DNA of 32,227 bases, from positions 52,743,922 through 52,776,148 of the forward strand of contig NC_068986.1 of assembly GCF_001194135.2 (NCBI RefSeq), in the 5' to 3' direction. A program made the translations under genes and the position numbers. Shown one piece after another: positions 1-9,446 of this stretch (within the stretch, counting starts at the first letter, position 1; each line of letters starts with the position of its first letter). Below the pieces are notes generated by a model. That model saw only the letters and a program-made list of their open reading frames with translations. It ran no database searches and was not told where the DNA came from. The DNA comes from Octopus bimaculoides. Its lineage: Eukaryota.

Positions 1-106
1 TAGGTGCTTCGCAACAAAATTATTAAAAAATTCCAACAAAATGCGGACAATAAAAGGTCAAATAAACGTTTACCTTCGCAGCCGATGTGACAGCACGTCC
101 GTGAGA

Positions 107-247
<141 letters not shown>

Positions 248-334
248 ATATTGAACAAGAGTATAAAGTCCATTGATTGCGTTTTATCAAGGCAGAAAAA
301 AATGAAAAAAGAAAAACATCAAATGCATGATTAC

Positions 335-389
335 CTGAGAGGAAACATATCGACAGTAGCGAACATGAAACACGTGGATTTTGAGATTT
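335..389 (-). CDS. Candidate internal exon (speculative); phase-2 start reads NLKIHVFHVRYCRYVSSQ
   Basis: Minus strand: polypyrimidine acceptor tttgttcgctcttctctgctag (AG at 391-390) and donor CAG|gtaatc (334-333). 55 nt, open in all three frames. Alternative acceptor at 427-426. No homologue recognised. Confidence 0.2.
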
Positions 390-627
390 CTAGCAGAGAA
401 GAGCGAACAAAGTAGAGGATTGAAGCTAGGTGTGTGCAGAGAATTGAAATGTAAGATGTAGTACATATGCTTATGTGTATGCATGCGTATGAGAAAGATA
501 GAGAACGACAGGAAGTAGAGAATTAGTGCGTCTATGTATGTATATGCGTAAATGATATTGGGAAATATGATGAGAGATGTTCAGTGGATGTGTGTGATAT
601 TAACACTTGGAGCTGTGTAATTATTCG

Positions 628-940
628 TTTCACATTTTGGCACAGGGCCCGTAATTTTGGAGGAGTGGGTAAGACAATTACATCAGCCCAGTGCTCGACT
701 GTTACTTATTTTATCGACCGTGAAAGTATGAAAGGCTAAGTCGACCTCAACGGAATTTGAACTCAGAAAGCAAACGGACGAAAAGGCACTAAGCATTTTA
801 GTTGGCTAGTTAACGATTTTGTCCGAAAGGATGAAAGGTTAAGACTATCTCGGCGGAATTTGAACTCAGGACGTAAAGACGGACGAAATGCCGCTAAGCA
901 TTTCCCCGGTGTGATAATAATTTTAACAACTTACCGCCTT
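628..940 (-). mobile_element. tRNA-derived SINE, family A: head-to-tail dimer (5' part 823-940 joined to a near-full copy 628-822)
   Basis: Reverse complement matches the copy at 16533-16743: AAGGCGG start, B-box-like GAGTTCAAATTCC (twice), central CCTTTCATCCTTTCGG..TCGATAAAATAAG, 3' TGTGCCAAAATGTGAAA. Confidence 0.88.
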
Positions 941-1663
941 GGAACGTTTTAATACTAAAATAAAATATACTAATATTGACAATACTTATCTCAGAGATGG
1001 TAAGGTAAGAATTGGTGCAAATATTGTTTAATGTGCGGATGCTGTCACCCAGGCGTGCATAGATCATAATACTGTGAGTGAGTTTTCAGCACATGTATGA
1101 GTGAGGCGTAACGGAAAACAACACGTCGATTACTGATATCATGCTTCACCGAAGCGGTAATTTACTTATTGTTCAATGCTATGGCGGTCATTGCAAAATC
1201 TGTAATTCTCTACAATACTTTACACAGCGAAATGCAGGTGGGGTTTGGATAGTCTGGACATTCATGCGTGTGCTTATAAGATGGCAGATACTGTTAAACC
1301 ATATGAGTTCTAACGTCAGGAATTGGTGCGACAAAGTTCATATTCACTTACCTATGTGATACAGAAACGAAAATATGATTCTGAGCAGTTGTATTCAAGA
1401 TCTCAGAGTATTTTTTATCTATGTCAGTGTTTTCCATGTTTTTCCGATTTTTAATTAAGTTACACATGCTGGTAGATTGAATATGTCTATATTAATTTCT
1501 TCCTAAAAAAAAAAGAGAATAAATCATAGCTTTAACTGTTATTCCTGTATGATGCGAAAATTTCTAGTATTTTCCACTTTACGTTGTAATCAGATGAGGA
1601 TTCTTTCAAAGAACAGATGTTACACGATAGATTAATCGTGGACCGCTTTATGGTGTTCTCAAA

Positions 1664-1666
<3 letters not shown>

Positions 1667-1711
<45 letters not shown>

Positions 1712-1729
1712 GAGAGAGAGAGAGAGAGA
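1667..1729. repeat. (TA)n-(GA)n compound microsatellite
   Basis: Directly visible. Confidence 0.95.
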
Positions 1730-1883
1730 TGTTATGAGAGATAATGGGGTCAATAAGACCCAAAGGTGCCAGTTGATGCTGCGTAAGTGCTATGGACAGA
1801 GAATAATTATGCTCCAGGTTCGGTGATTATGCGAATGAGTCTAGCGTAGGTCATATATCAACATGTGTATATATGAAAAAAAG

Positions 1884-2068
1884 TTCAAAATGAGATAAAA
1901 ATGAGATAAAAGGCTGTGAAAGATTTTAGAACATTTATAAATAGGTCTTACAGCTGTTTCCGGAATATTTTATATATCCCGGAAAATATCTCGGAAACAG
2001 CTGTAAGACCTTCTACTTATAAATGTTCTGAAATCTTTCACAGCCTTGGATTTTTATCTCATTCTGAA
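1884..2068. mobile_element. 185-bp near-perfect palindrome (MITE-like, or fold-back of a Penelope-type pLTR)
   Basis: 1910-1940 pairs with 2017-2047 (30/31); 1944-1962 pairs with 1992-2010 (19/19); 1884-1900 pairs with 2052-2068 (16/17). Loop about 11 nt. ATGAGATAAAA is duplicated in the left arm. The palindrome is certain; its origin is inferred. Confidence 0.8.
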
Positions 2069-2268
2069 AACATATATTTTCTTAAGATATTACTCTCTTA
2101 CATAATTGCCTGTAGCTTCTTTTGGTCGCCAAAATGAGATCTGTCTTCTGAGATATCAAATACATTTTAATGTGTTGTAAATGTCTAAATCTTTCAAGCC
2201 ACGATGTTGTAACCAGACGAACAAGACAATATCATATGTATGCTGAAATAAGCGTAGGCATTCAGTGA

Positions 2269-2290
2269 CTTTCTTCTTCTTCTTCTTCTT

Positions 2291-2356
<66 letters not shown>

Positions 2357-2783
2357 AGCAGCAGCAACAGCAGTAGCAGTAATATTAGTAGTGGTGGTGG
2401 AGNNNNNNNNNNNNNNNNNNNNNNNNNNNNNNNNNNNNNNNNNNNNNNNNNNNNNNNNNNNNNNNNNNNNNNNNNNNNNNNNNNNNNNNNNNNNNNNNNN
2501 NNNNNNNNNNNNNNNNNNNNNNNNNNNNNNNNNNNNNNNNNNNNNNNNNNNNNNNNNNNNNNNNNNNNNNNNNNNNNNNNNNNNNNNNNNNNNNNNNNNN
2601 NNNNNNNNNNNNNNNNNNNNNNNNNNNNNNNNNNNNNNNNNNNNNNNNNNNNNNNNNNNNNNNNNNNNNNNNNNNNNNNNNNNNNNNNNNNNNNNNNNNN
2701 NNNNNNNNNNNNNNNNNNNNNNNNNNNNNNNNNNNNNNNNNNNNNNNNNNNNNNNNNNNNNNNNNNNNNNNNNNNNNNNNNNN

Positions 2784-2815
<32 letters not shown>

Positions 2816-2878
2816 GATGGTAGCGGTGGTGGTAGTGTAGGTGGTGGTGGAGGTGGTGGTGGTGGAGGTGGTGGTGGT
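2269..2878. repeat. Compound trinucleotide microsatellite (CTT)n-(ATT)n-AGC/AGT-(GGT)n spanning gap 2403-2783
   Basis: Directly visible; source of the poly-R/I/L/P ORF 2194..2928. Confidence 0.95.
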
Positions 2879-4174
2879 ATCATACTCTGTGCAAATTTGG
2901 GATTTCTATTTATCTTCAAAGAACTCAAACAATTACATCTAGCATGACATCAAGTGCTTTAGCGACATCATCCAGATGCGCCTGAAATATTATCGGTGTT
3001 ATACGTCTCTGGAAGTCTACAAATCATTCGTTTTAGGTATTCTTCTGAAGAAGCCAAGAACAGCTGTGTGTCTTACTCTCACTTGCACATTAATAATTTG
3101 CTTGTATCTTATTCATTAATTACATTTGGTACTCAAATAAAATGATCCTTTGGAACTGTCAAATGAATGAGGAGTATTATAAAAAGATCTTGTAGTTTTT
3201 TATAAACATATCAAATAATTATTTACTCTTAATCTGAATAAAGTTATTTAAATCATATTAACGATCCATTACTTTGTATTTGGATTCCAGAATCAATACG
3301 ACCTCTATTTTAAGTTACGTCCCTTTATTTTTCGATTTCAAATCTCGTTGAAGCGTGCTTTCGATTTAAGTGTTATTTCATTAATTGATAATTTGCATGC
3401 ACACAGTTATAATTTACGTTTGTATTTATAGTTAACAAGTCACTTAAAATAGTAAGTATAATACAGAAATGTTGTTGATCCATCGCACAATGAAGTCAAA
3501 TTTAGATCTGTCAATTCCTTTTGCAGTAATCCAGCAAATATATCGTACTTCCTATAATTGTATATACACTTAACGAAATTACAGAAATTCAATTTAGTTT
3601 TCTGCCAATATGAAGAGAGCAGTTCCACGTTTCTCTGTGATACGGTTAACCAAATCAAGTAAAACCAAAAATATATTCTGGGTCAATAATAGTATTATTC
3701 ACATCCGACATGATAGAATATGTCTTATAGTTCATCTTCGGGAAATAACTGTTGAGGAACCTCAAATATATGATCAATAAATTTCCAAGAAAACCTCTAT
3801 CAAATCACTTCAAGAAGGAAGGTAGAGTCGATAGAGATAGTTAAGTTCTAGGTACATTATGCATGAGGGATGTGTATCACACGTGGTTCATTGCTGGGAT
3901 TTCAGTGATCATACGTTTTCTCATTTGAGGCTAAACAAGATGGATGCATTATTTTTCTTATAATTTCGCATGTTTTCAAAGCTTTATCTCTTCATGCAAA
4001 ATGGAGACGACTACCAAAACTTCTATGTGACACGCTTGAACCATTGTGAAAATCTCTTCACGCGAAACCATTGGCTGTCTTGGGAATTCAGAATCATAAA
4101 ATATTTATCCACCAATGCGTTGTTGAGCACTCATTCTCACTGTTTGATATTACCGTGTATGTATATGATGTATA

Positions 4175-4181
4175 CACACAC

Positions 4182-4226
<45 letters not shown>

Positions 4227-4300
4227 CCACCCACACATATATATAAATACACGCACATATTCAAATACATATGCATTCGTTATTATATATTATATTATAT
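4175..4300. repeat. (TA)n/(CA)n low-complexity tract
   Basis: Directly visible; precedes gap 4323-4817. Confidence 0.9.
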
Positions 4301-4817
4301 ATTCCTTCCCCATTTCTAACAANNNNNNNNNNNNNNNNNNNNNNNNNNNNNNNNNNNNNNNNNNNNNNNNNNNNNNNNNNNNNNNNNNNNNNNNNNNNNN
4401 NNNNNNNNNNNNNNNNNNNNNNNNNNNNNNNNNNNNNNNNNNNNNNNNNNNNNNNNNNNNNNNNNNNNNNNNNNNNNNNNNNNNNNNNNNNNNNNNNNNN
4501 NNNNNNNNNNNNNNNNNNNNNNNNNNNNNNNNNNNNNNNNNNNNNNNNNNNNNNNNNNNNNNNNNNNNNNNNNNNNNNNNNNNNNNNNNNNNNNNNNNNN
4601 NNNNNNNNNNNNNNNNNNNNNNNNNNNNNNNNNNNNNNNNNNNNNNNNNNNNNNNNNNNNNNNNNNNNNNNNNNNNNNNNNNNNNNNNNNNNNNNNNNNN
4701 NNNNNNNNNNNNNNNNNNNNNNNNNNNNNNNNNNNNNNNNNNNNNNNNNNNNNNNNNNNNNNNNNNNNNNNNNNNNNNNNNNNNNNNNNNNNNNNNNNNN
4801 NNNNNNNNNNNNNNNNN

Positions 4818-4907
<90 letters not shown>
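4818..4907. repeat. (GACA)n-(GATA)n microsatellite
   Basis: Directly visible. Confidence 0.97.
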
Positions 4908-4908
<1 letters not shown>

Positions 4909-4968
4909 AAACGCGTAACCTCTCCTGATGATCAACTGTTTTGGTTGTACAATTTGATGAAGACAACT

Positions 4969-5770
4969 TGGCAGGACAAGAAAATTCACACTCAGTTCTT
5001 AGAGAATAAAGATGAGATTGATTGGAAGGGAACTTAACAATGGCTGCAGAAAGGAGACTTAAAAGGGCCCTCTGGGGCATTAGTGTGCAGCACTCGAGAA
5101 CAAGCTTTCAGAACAACAAACTACTCCAAATATCACATTCATAAAAGCACTGCTCTGACACGGGAGAAAGTATGAGCCATATTGTTAATGAGAGCTGTAA
5201 GCTTGCACAACGCAAATACAAAAGGAGACACGACAATGTGTCCAGATATGTCCACTGGCTGTTGTGCGGTAAAGCAAACCCCGAGCATGGGTATGGACAC
5301 AAGCCAGAGAGAGAGTAATGGAAAACGAACATTACAAAATACTCTGGGATTTTAACATACAGTGCGACTAAGCGAGATGACCAGATATTGTGATCATACA
5401 TAAAGATAAATAAGAAGTAATGATAATAGATGTTGCAATACCAGGTGATTCGAGGAAGAAATATGAGGAAACAGAAAAGAGTGAGAAATACCAGCTATTG
5501 CGGGACGAGATAGGAGAGTTATGGGGCATGAGGAAAGTAATGGTTATACCGGGGGTAATTGGAGCGTAAGAAGCAGTTTCCAAGAGCTTTGAAAAACATA
5601 TTAAGAATTTTGGAATCAGCTGTGAGGCTCGAAGTGATCCAGAAGACAGCATTGTTGGGTACATCTCACATTTTAAGGAGAATATTGTCTCTTTGAGTCA
5701 CAGGAGAAGGCACTACTTGAAAACTTTGATTTGTTATTGGCTGCTTTAAGAACTATCTGAAAGTCTTTCA
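4969..5770 (+). mobile_element. 5'-truncated, decayed non-LTR retrotransposon of the RLE-bearing R4/Dong type (3' end of ORF plus 3' UTR)
   Basis: Across stops and frameshifts: WQDKKIHTQFL..WLQKGDLK..EQAFRTTNY (4969-5134); ESMSHIVNESCKLAQRKYKRRHDNV..VHWLLC (zinc-knuckle remnant plus RHD, from 5163); KILWDFNIQCD; PDIVII..IIDVAIPGD..EKSEKYQ (PD-(D/E)xK endonuclease, PD at 5381); VIPGVIGA; IQKTALLGTSHILRRIL*. Followed by (AAT)n. Confidence 0.88.
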
Positions 5771-5793
5771 GAATAATAATAATAATGATGATG

Positions 5794-5855
<62 letters not shown>

Positions 5856-5885
5856 TGATGAAGATGCTGATGATAATGATGGTGG

Positions 5886-5920
<35 letters not shown>

Positions 5921-5921
5921 A
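5771..5921. repeat. (AAT)n grading into (GAT)n/(GGT)
   Basis: Directly visible; abuts the 3' end of the RLE retrotransposon. Confidence 0.95.
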
Positions 5922-6340
5922 TAAAAGTCTTGTATACATGAACTTTTCCCTCTAGGTTAGTGGATTTTTAAGCATTCAACCGAGTCTATTACGTTACCGA
6001 AAAAAATACTCGCTTTCGCACCGCTTAGGAGACTAAGGGAAATTGACTACCGAACTGTATTCGTGTAGAGCGGCAACAATTGTGAATGTACGCATTTCAA
6101 AAATTACACACTGCAACGTAGGCAGAACGTTATGAACTTAACAGGCAGGTGATGAGCTGATGATATCAGAGAAGATATTCTTGAATCAGCTCAGATAAAA
6201 TATAAGAGACAGCTGTTCGCTGACAAAACAGAATTAGATTAGACTTCAGCAGAAAAAATTAATACTGCAATTCATACCATATACAGATTCATAGCGGAAG
6301 AAACATACATATATTGATTGATTTGTGAGTGTGGGGCCTT

Positions 6341-6928
6341 TGTGTGTGTCTGTGTGTGTGCGTGTGTGTGCGTGCGAGTGCGTGCGTGTTTGTGTGGGTG
6401 TGTAAATTGTTCTCGTTTCCGTTGTTAAGTGTCGAAGTGGTTAATGGACAAGTTAGTATACTGTGATATTTATGCATATACAAAACTATAATGATATATA
6501 GTTATATGTGTATATATACACACGCACACATACATAGATATATATATGTTTAAACATATATAGGGGTTTGTAATATACGAATACGTATTGTACATATATA
6601 TATAAAAGTATATCAAATATTCATTATATATATANNNNNNNNNNNNNNNNNNNNNNNNNNNNNNNNNNNNNNNNNNNNNNNNNNNNNNNNNNNNNNNNNN
6701 NNNNNNNNNNNNNNNNNNNNNNNNNNNNNNNNNNNNNNNNNNNNNNNNNNNNNNNNNNNNNNNNNNNNNNNNNNNNNNNNNNNNNNNNNNNNNNNNNNNN
6801 NNNNNNNNNNNNNNNNNNNNNNNNNNNNNNNNNNNNNNNNNNNNNNNNNNNNNNNNNNNNNNNNNNNNATATATGTATATATATACATTCATGTATATAG
6901 ATACATACATAAATATATATGTATATAA

Positions 6929-6969
<41 letters not shown>

Positions 6970-7277
6970 CAATCATTCTTACATAAATGCATACATATAT
7001 ATAATATACATGTGTGTGTCTGTGTGTGTTGTGCATGACTACTACAACGGAGAACATAATACTACATATTAGAGGAGATATATGTATTTTAAGTTGATAA
7101 ATTCGATATAATTTGCAATTCCAAATTTCTTGTCGGAATTGGTACTTAAGATAATTGGCCTGAAGTTCGCCGACAGCAAAAAACTTAAAATAAAATTTGC
7201 ATTCGATTTATAGTAGGCACATGTATGTGCGTATTGATTCTCTTAAACAGGTGTGTATCTGGATGTACGTACACACA

Positions 7278-7322
<45 letters not shown>

Positions 7323-7350
7323 TTATATCGATATATATATATATATATAT
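6341..7350. repeat. Cluster of (TG/CG)n, (TA)n and (CA)n low-complexity tracts around gap 6635-6868
   Basis: Tracts at about 6341-6402, 6490-6634, 6869-7030 and 7270-7350, with short unique spacers. Confidence 0.85.
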
Positions 7351-7670
7351 AAAAGATAAAAAAAGAGCGAAAAAACCAGAGAAGGCTTGTGTTATATAGT
7401 TAAAGTATATATTCAAATCGTTATGTTAGGAAAATGTTATTAAATTTTGAGTATAGAAACATTGTTTTTGGAGAAATAACCGGTTTTGTATTTTCTTTTC
7501 AAATTTCTCTACCTGTATCGTAACATGTCTTCGCTATGGTGTAAAATATGGAGTTCTAGACAGGGGAATGCAATCAGGGAATTTTTCCGGTATAAGTGAG
7601 ATAATCAAAAATGTTGGGGATGATAGGCTTTGATTAATTTAACATGATTTGGTTTAGAAGGAATAGAATG

Positions 7671-7875
7671 TTACAAGTGGTTAGGTTTTGCTTTAAAATT
7701 TTTTCAATGAGGTGAGTTTCCTTTTTTAAAAATGTTAGAAATGGTCAAGTTTTGGCTTATATTTTTCAATGAAGAAGGTTTCCTTATTTAATCTAATTTG
7801 TGTTGGTATTCCAATTGCACATTGATAGAATGGAAAGATTATAAATTGTGGTAGCATTTGTTTTGCGCATTTCTT
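7671..7875 (-). mobile_element. Penelope-like element fragment: GIY-YIG endonuclease C-terminus followed by a degenerate tandem copy of its last ~51 nt
   Basis: 7875-7735 reads KKCAKQMLPQFIIFPFYQCAIGIPTQIRLNKETFFIEKYKPKLDHF*, fitting the terminal R..KE..FI...KP.LN motif of PLE GIY-YIG domains (final N appears as D). 7735-7785 is repeated at 7671-7723. The upstream part is lost in gap 7876-7968. Confidence 0.6.
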
Positions 7876-8269
7876 NNNNNNNNNNNNNNNNNNNNNNNNN
7901 NNNNNNNNNNNNNNNNNNNNNNNNNNNNNNNNNNNNNNNNNNNNNNNNNNNNNNNNNNNNNNNNNNNNTATATATATATATATATATATATATATGCATT
8001 CATACAGTAGCGGCCATAATATAAGGGTTAGTAAGAACAAGTGTAAATATTTATTGTACAAGATTAATAACACGTTGAGACTAGATATTTTACACATAAT
8101 TTGATATATCCAATATCTATCTTTCATGAAAATGTCAAGTGAATAGAATAAATGTTTCGTAAGTTGTGAGGAAATAAACAAATAATCTTCCAAACTGCAA
8201 CGGCCAAAGTTAAGGGACACTTAGAGAAAGAATGAAAATTGGAACAAGTACAAAAAGAAACCCTTACTA

Positions 8270-9117
8270 TTAATATTTTGTGAACATCCATTTACTATCG
8301 ATGACCTGCTGACATCCGCTACCACAGGACTGAAAATGATGGAGTAATATTGTTCCATTAGTTTTTCAATAATTCTCAAAGTTCATCTTGGTTCTCTGGA
8401 TATCTATTTCGCGCCCAATTTCCAATAATCTTCCAAATGTTTTCTGTAGGGTTGAGATCGGAACTTCGAGGTGGCCAGTCCATATGGTCAGCCCCTTTGT
8501 CACTCAAATACTCTTTGACTCTCTTTACATTGTGGCAGGGAGCGTTGTCCTGCACGAAGTTAGGAAATTGAACTGACGAGGATCGGTGATGTGGAAGGGC
8601 ATGCTGTCTAAGAATCTGCTGGTTGATTTCAGCATTGACAGTCCCTTGTTAGCGAACAAGCGGACCAGGACCAGCAGCAGAGATCACTCCCCATACCACT
8701 ACACTGCCTCCTCCATATTTCACTGTCTTCTTCACACATGTACGAAATAACTTTTCGTCATTTCTTCGTCGGACGTACGTCCCGCCATCGGAACCAATTA
8801 CGTTAAACTCCGATTCATCGCTAAAATGAACCTTCGACCACTGTTCTTCTGTTCAAAAGACACGTTTGAAGACAGGCTCTTTAATTCTTCTTGGAGATCA
8901 GAAGTTTCTTTGCCGATACCCAAGCAAGCAACCCTGAACGTCGTAACCTCCGAGAGACTGTTTCGCACAATACGTTGACAACGGAAGCGGAGCTAAACTC
9001 GCAGAATCTCTCAACAGCACACTTAAGCCTATCCTACAGTGACATTCTAACAATAATACAATCCTGTCTTGGTCAAGTTTTACGAGCATCTGTCGATACT
9101 GATGAATTGAAACGAGC
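8270..9117 (-). pseudogene. Tc1 transposase pseudogene (central and C-terminal part)
   Basis: RKT*PRQD..IVRMSL..TVSRRLRRSGL; WSKVHFSDES (D at 8819-8817); KTVKYGGGSVVVWGVIS; FVQDNAPCH (D at 8549-8547); WPPRSSDLNPTENIW (E at 8444-8442). Exactly 34 residues between the second D and E. Several in-frame stops and frameshifts. Confidence 0.93.
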
Positions 9118-9308
9118 TCCCTTTAATTCATCAGGATCGATGAATTATTAGGAGATAAACAAACAATCTTCCAAATTGCAGCAGCCAGAAGTTAAGGGTG
9201 ACTTAGAAAAAATGAACTCCTGACCGAGGTGTTTTTTGTTTAGATGATTGTTAATGAATTACAGTTACTTCTTATGATCTTACATTATTAGAACGTTCAA
9301 CTGTCAAC

Positions 9309-9446
9309 ATGTCGGCTTGTGAGAGACGACTGGAGTCCTGTGATGAAAAGCAAGGGATTGTGTGCCTTCACCAAGAGGGTAAGTCAAATTCTGTGATAGC
9401 AACTACTGTACGAAGCTCTAAGAAGTGTTGTGCAAAGAATTTTGGC
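9309..9446 (+). pseudogene. Inverted N-terminal HTH segment of the same Tc1 transposase
   Basis: ATG at 9309: MSACERRLESCDEKQGIVCLHQEGKSNSVIATTVRSSK[+1]SVVQRILA, a typical Tc1 first HTH. It is preceded on the same strand by the inner TIR end (9150-9216). Confidence 0.8.

Noticed and set aside
3045-3070. CTGAAGA-agccaa-GAACAGCTGTG resembling a hammerhead core
   Set aside because: No stem II, GAAA incomplete, and no complementary stem I.
2100-3100. Minus-strand peptide-like frames after AG sites (HTYDIVLFVWLQHRGLK, AHLDDVAKALDVMLD, EYLKRMICRLPETY)
   Set aside because: No good donors, early stops and no recognisable homology.
3440-3686. 82-codon open frame on the minus strand
   Set aside because: No convincing splice boundaries or domain.
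6149-6225. GTGATGA...CTGA (C/D-box-like) with a GAGCTGAT/ATCAGCTC hairpin
   Set aside because: No terminal stem or recognisable rRNA-antisense guide; short motifs like these are expected by chance.
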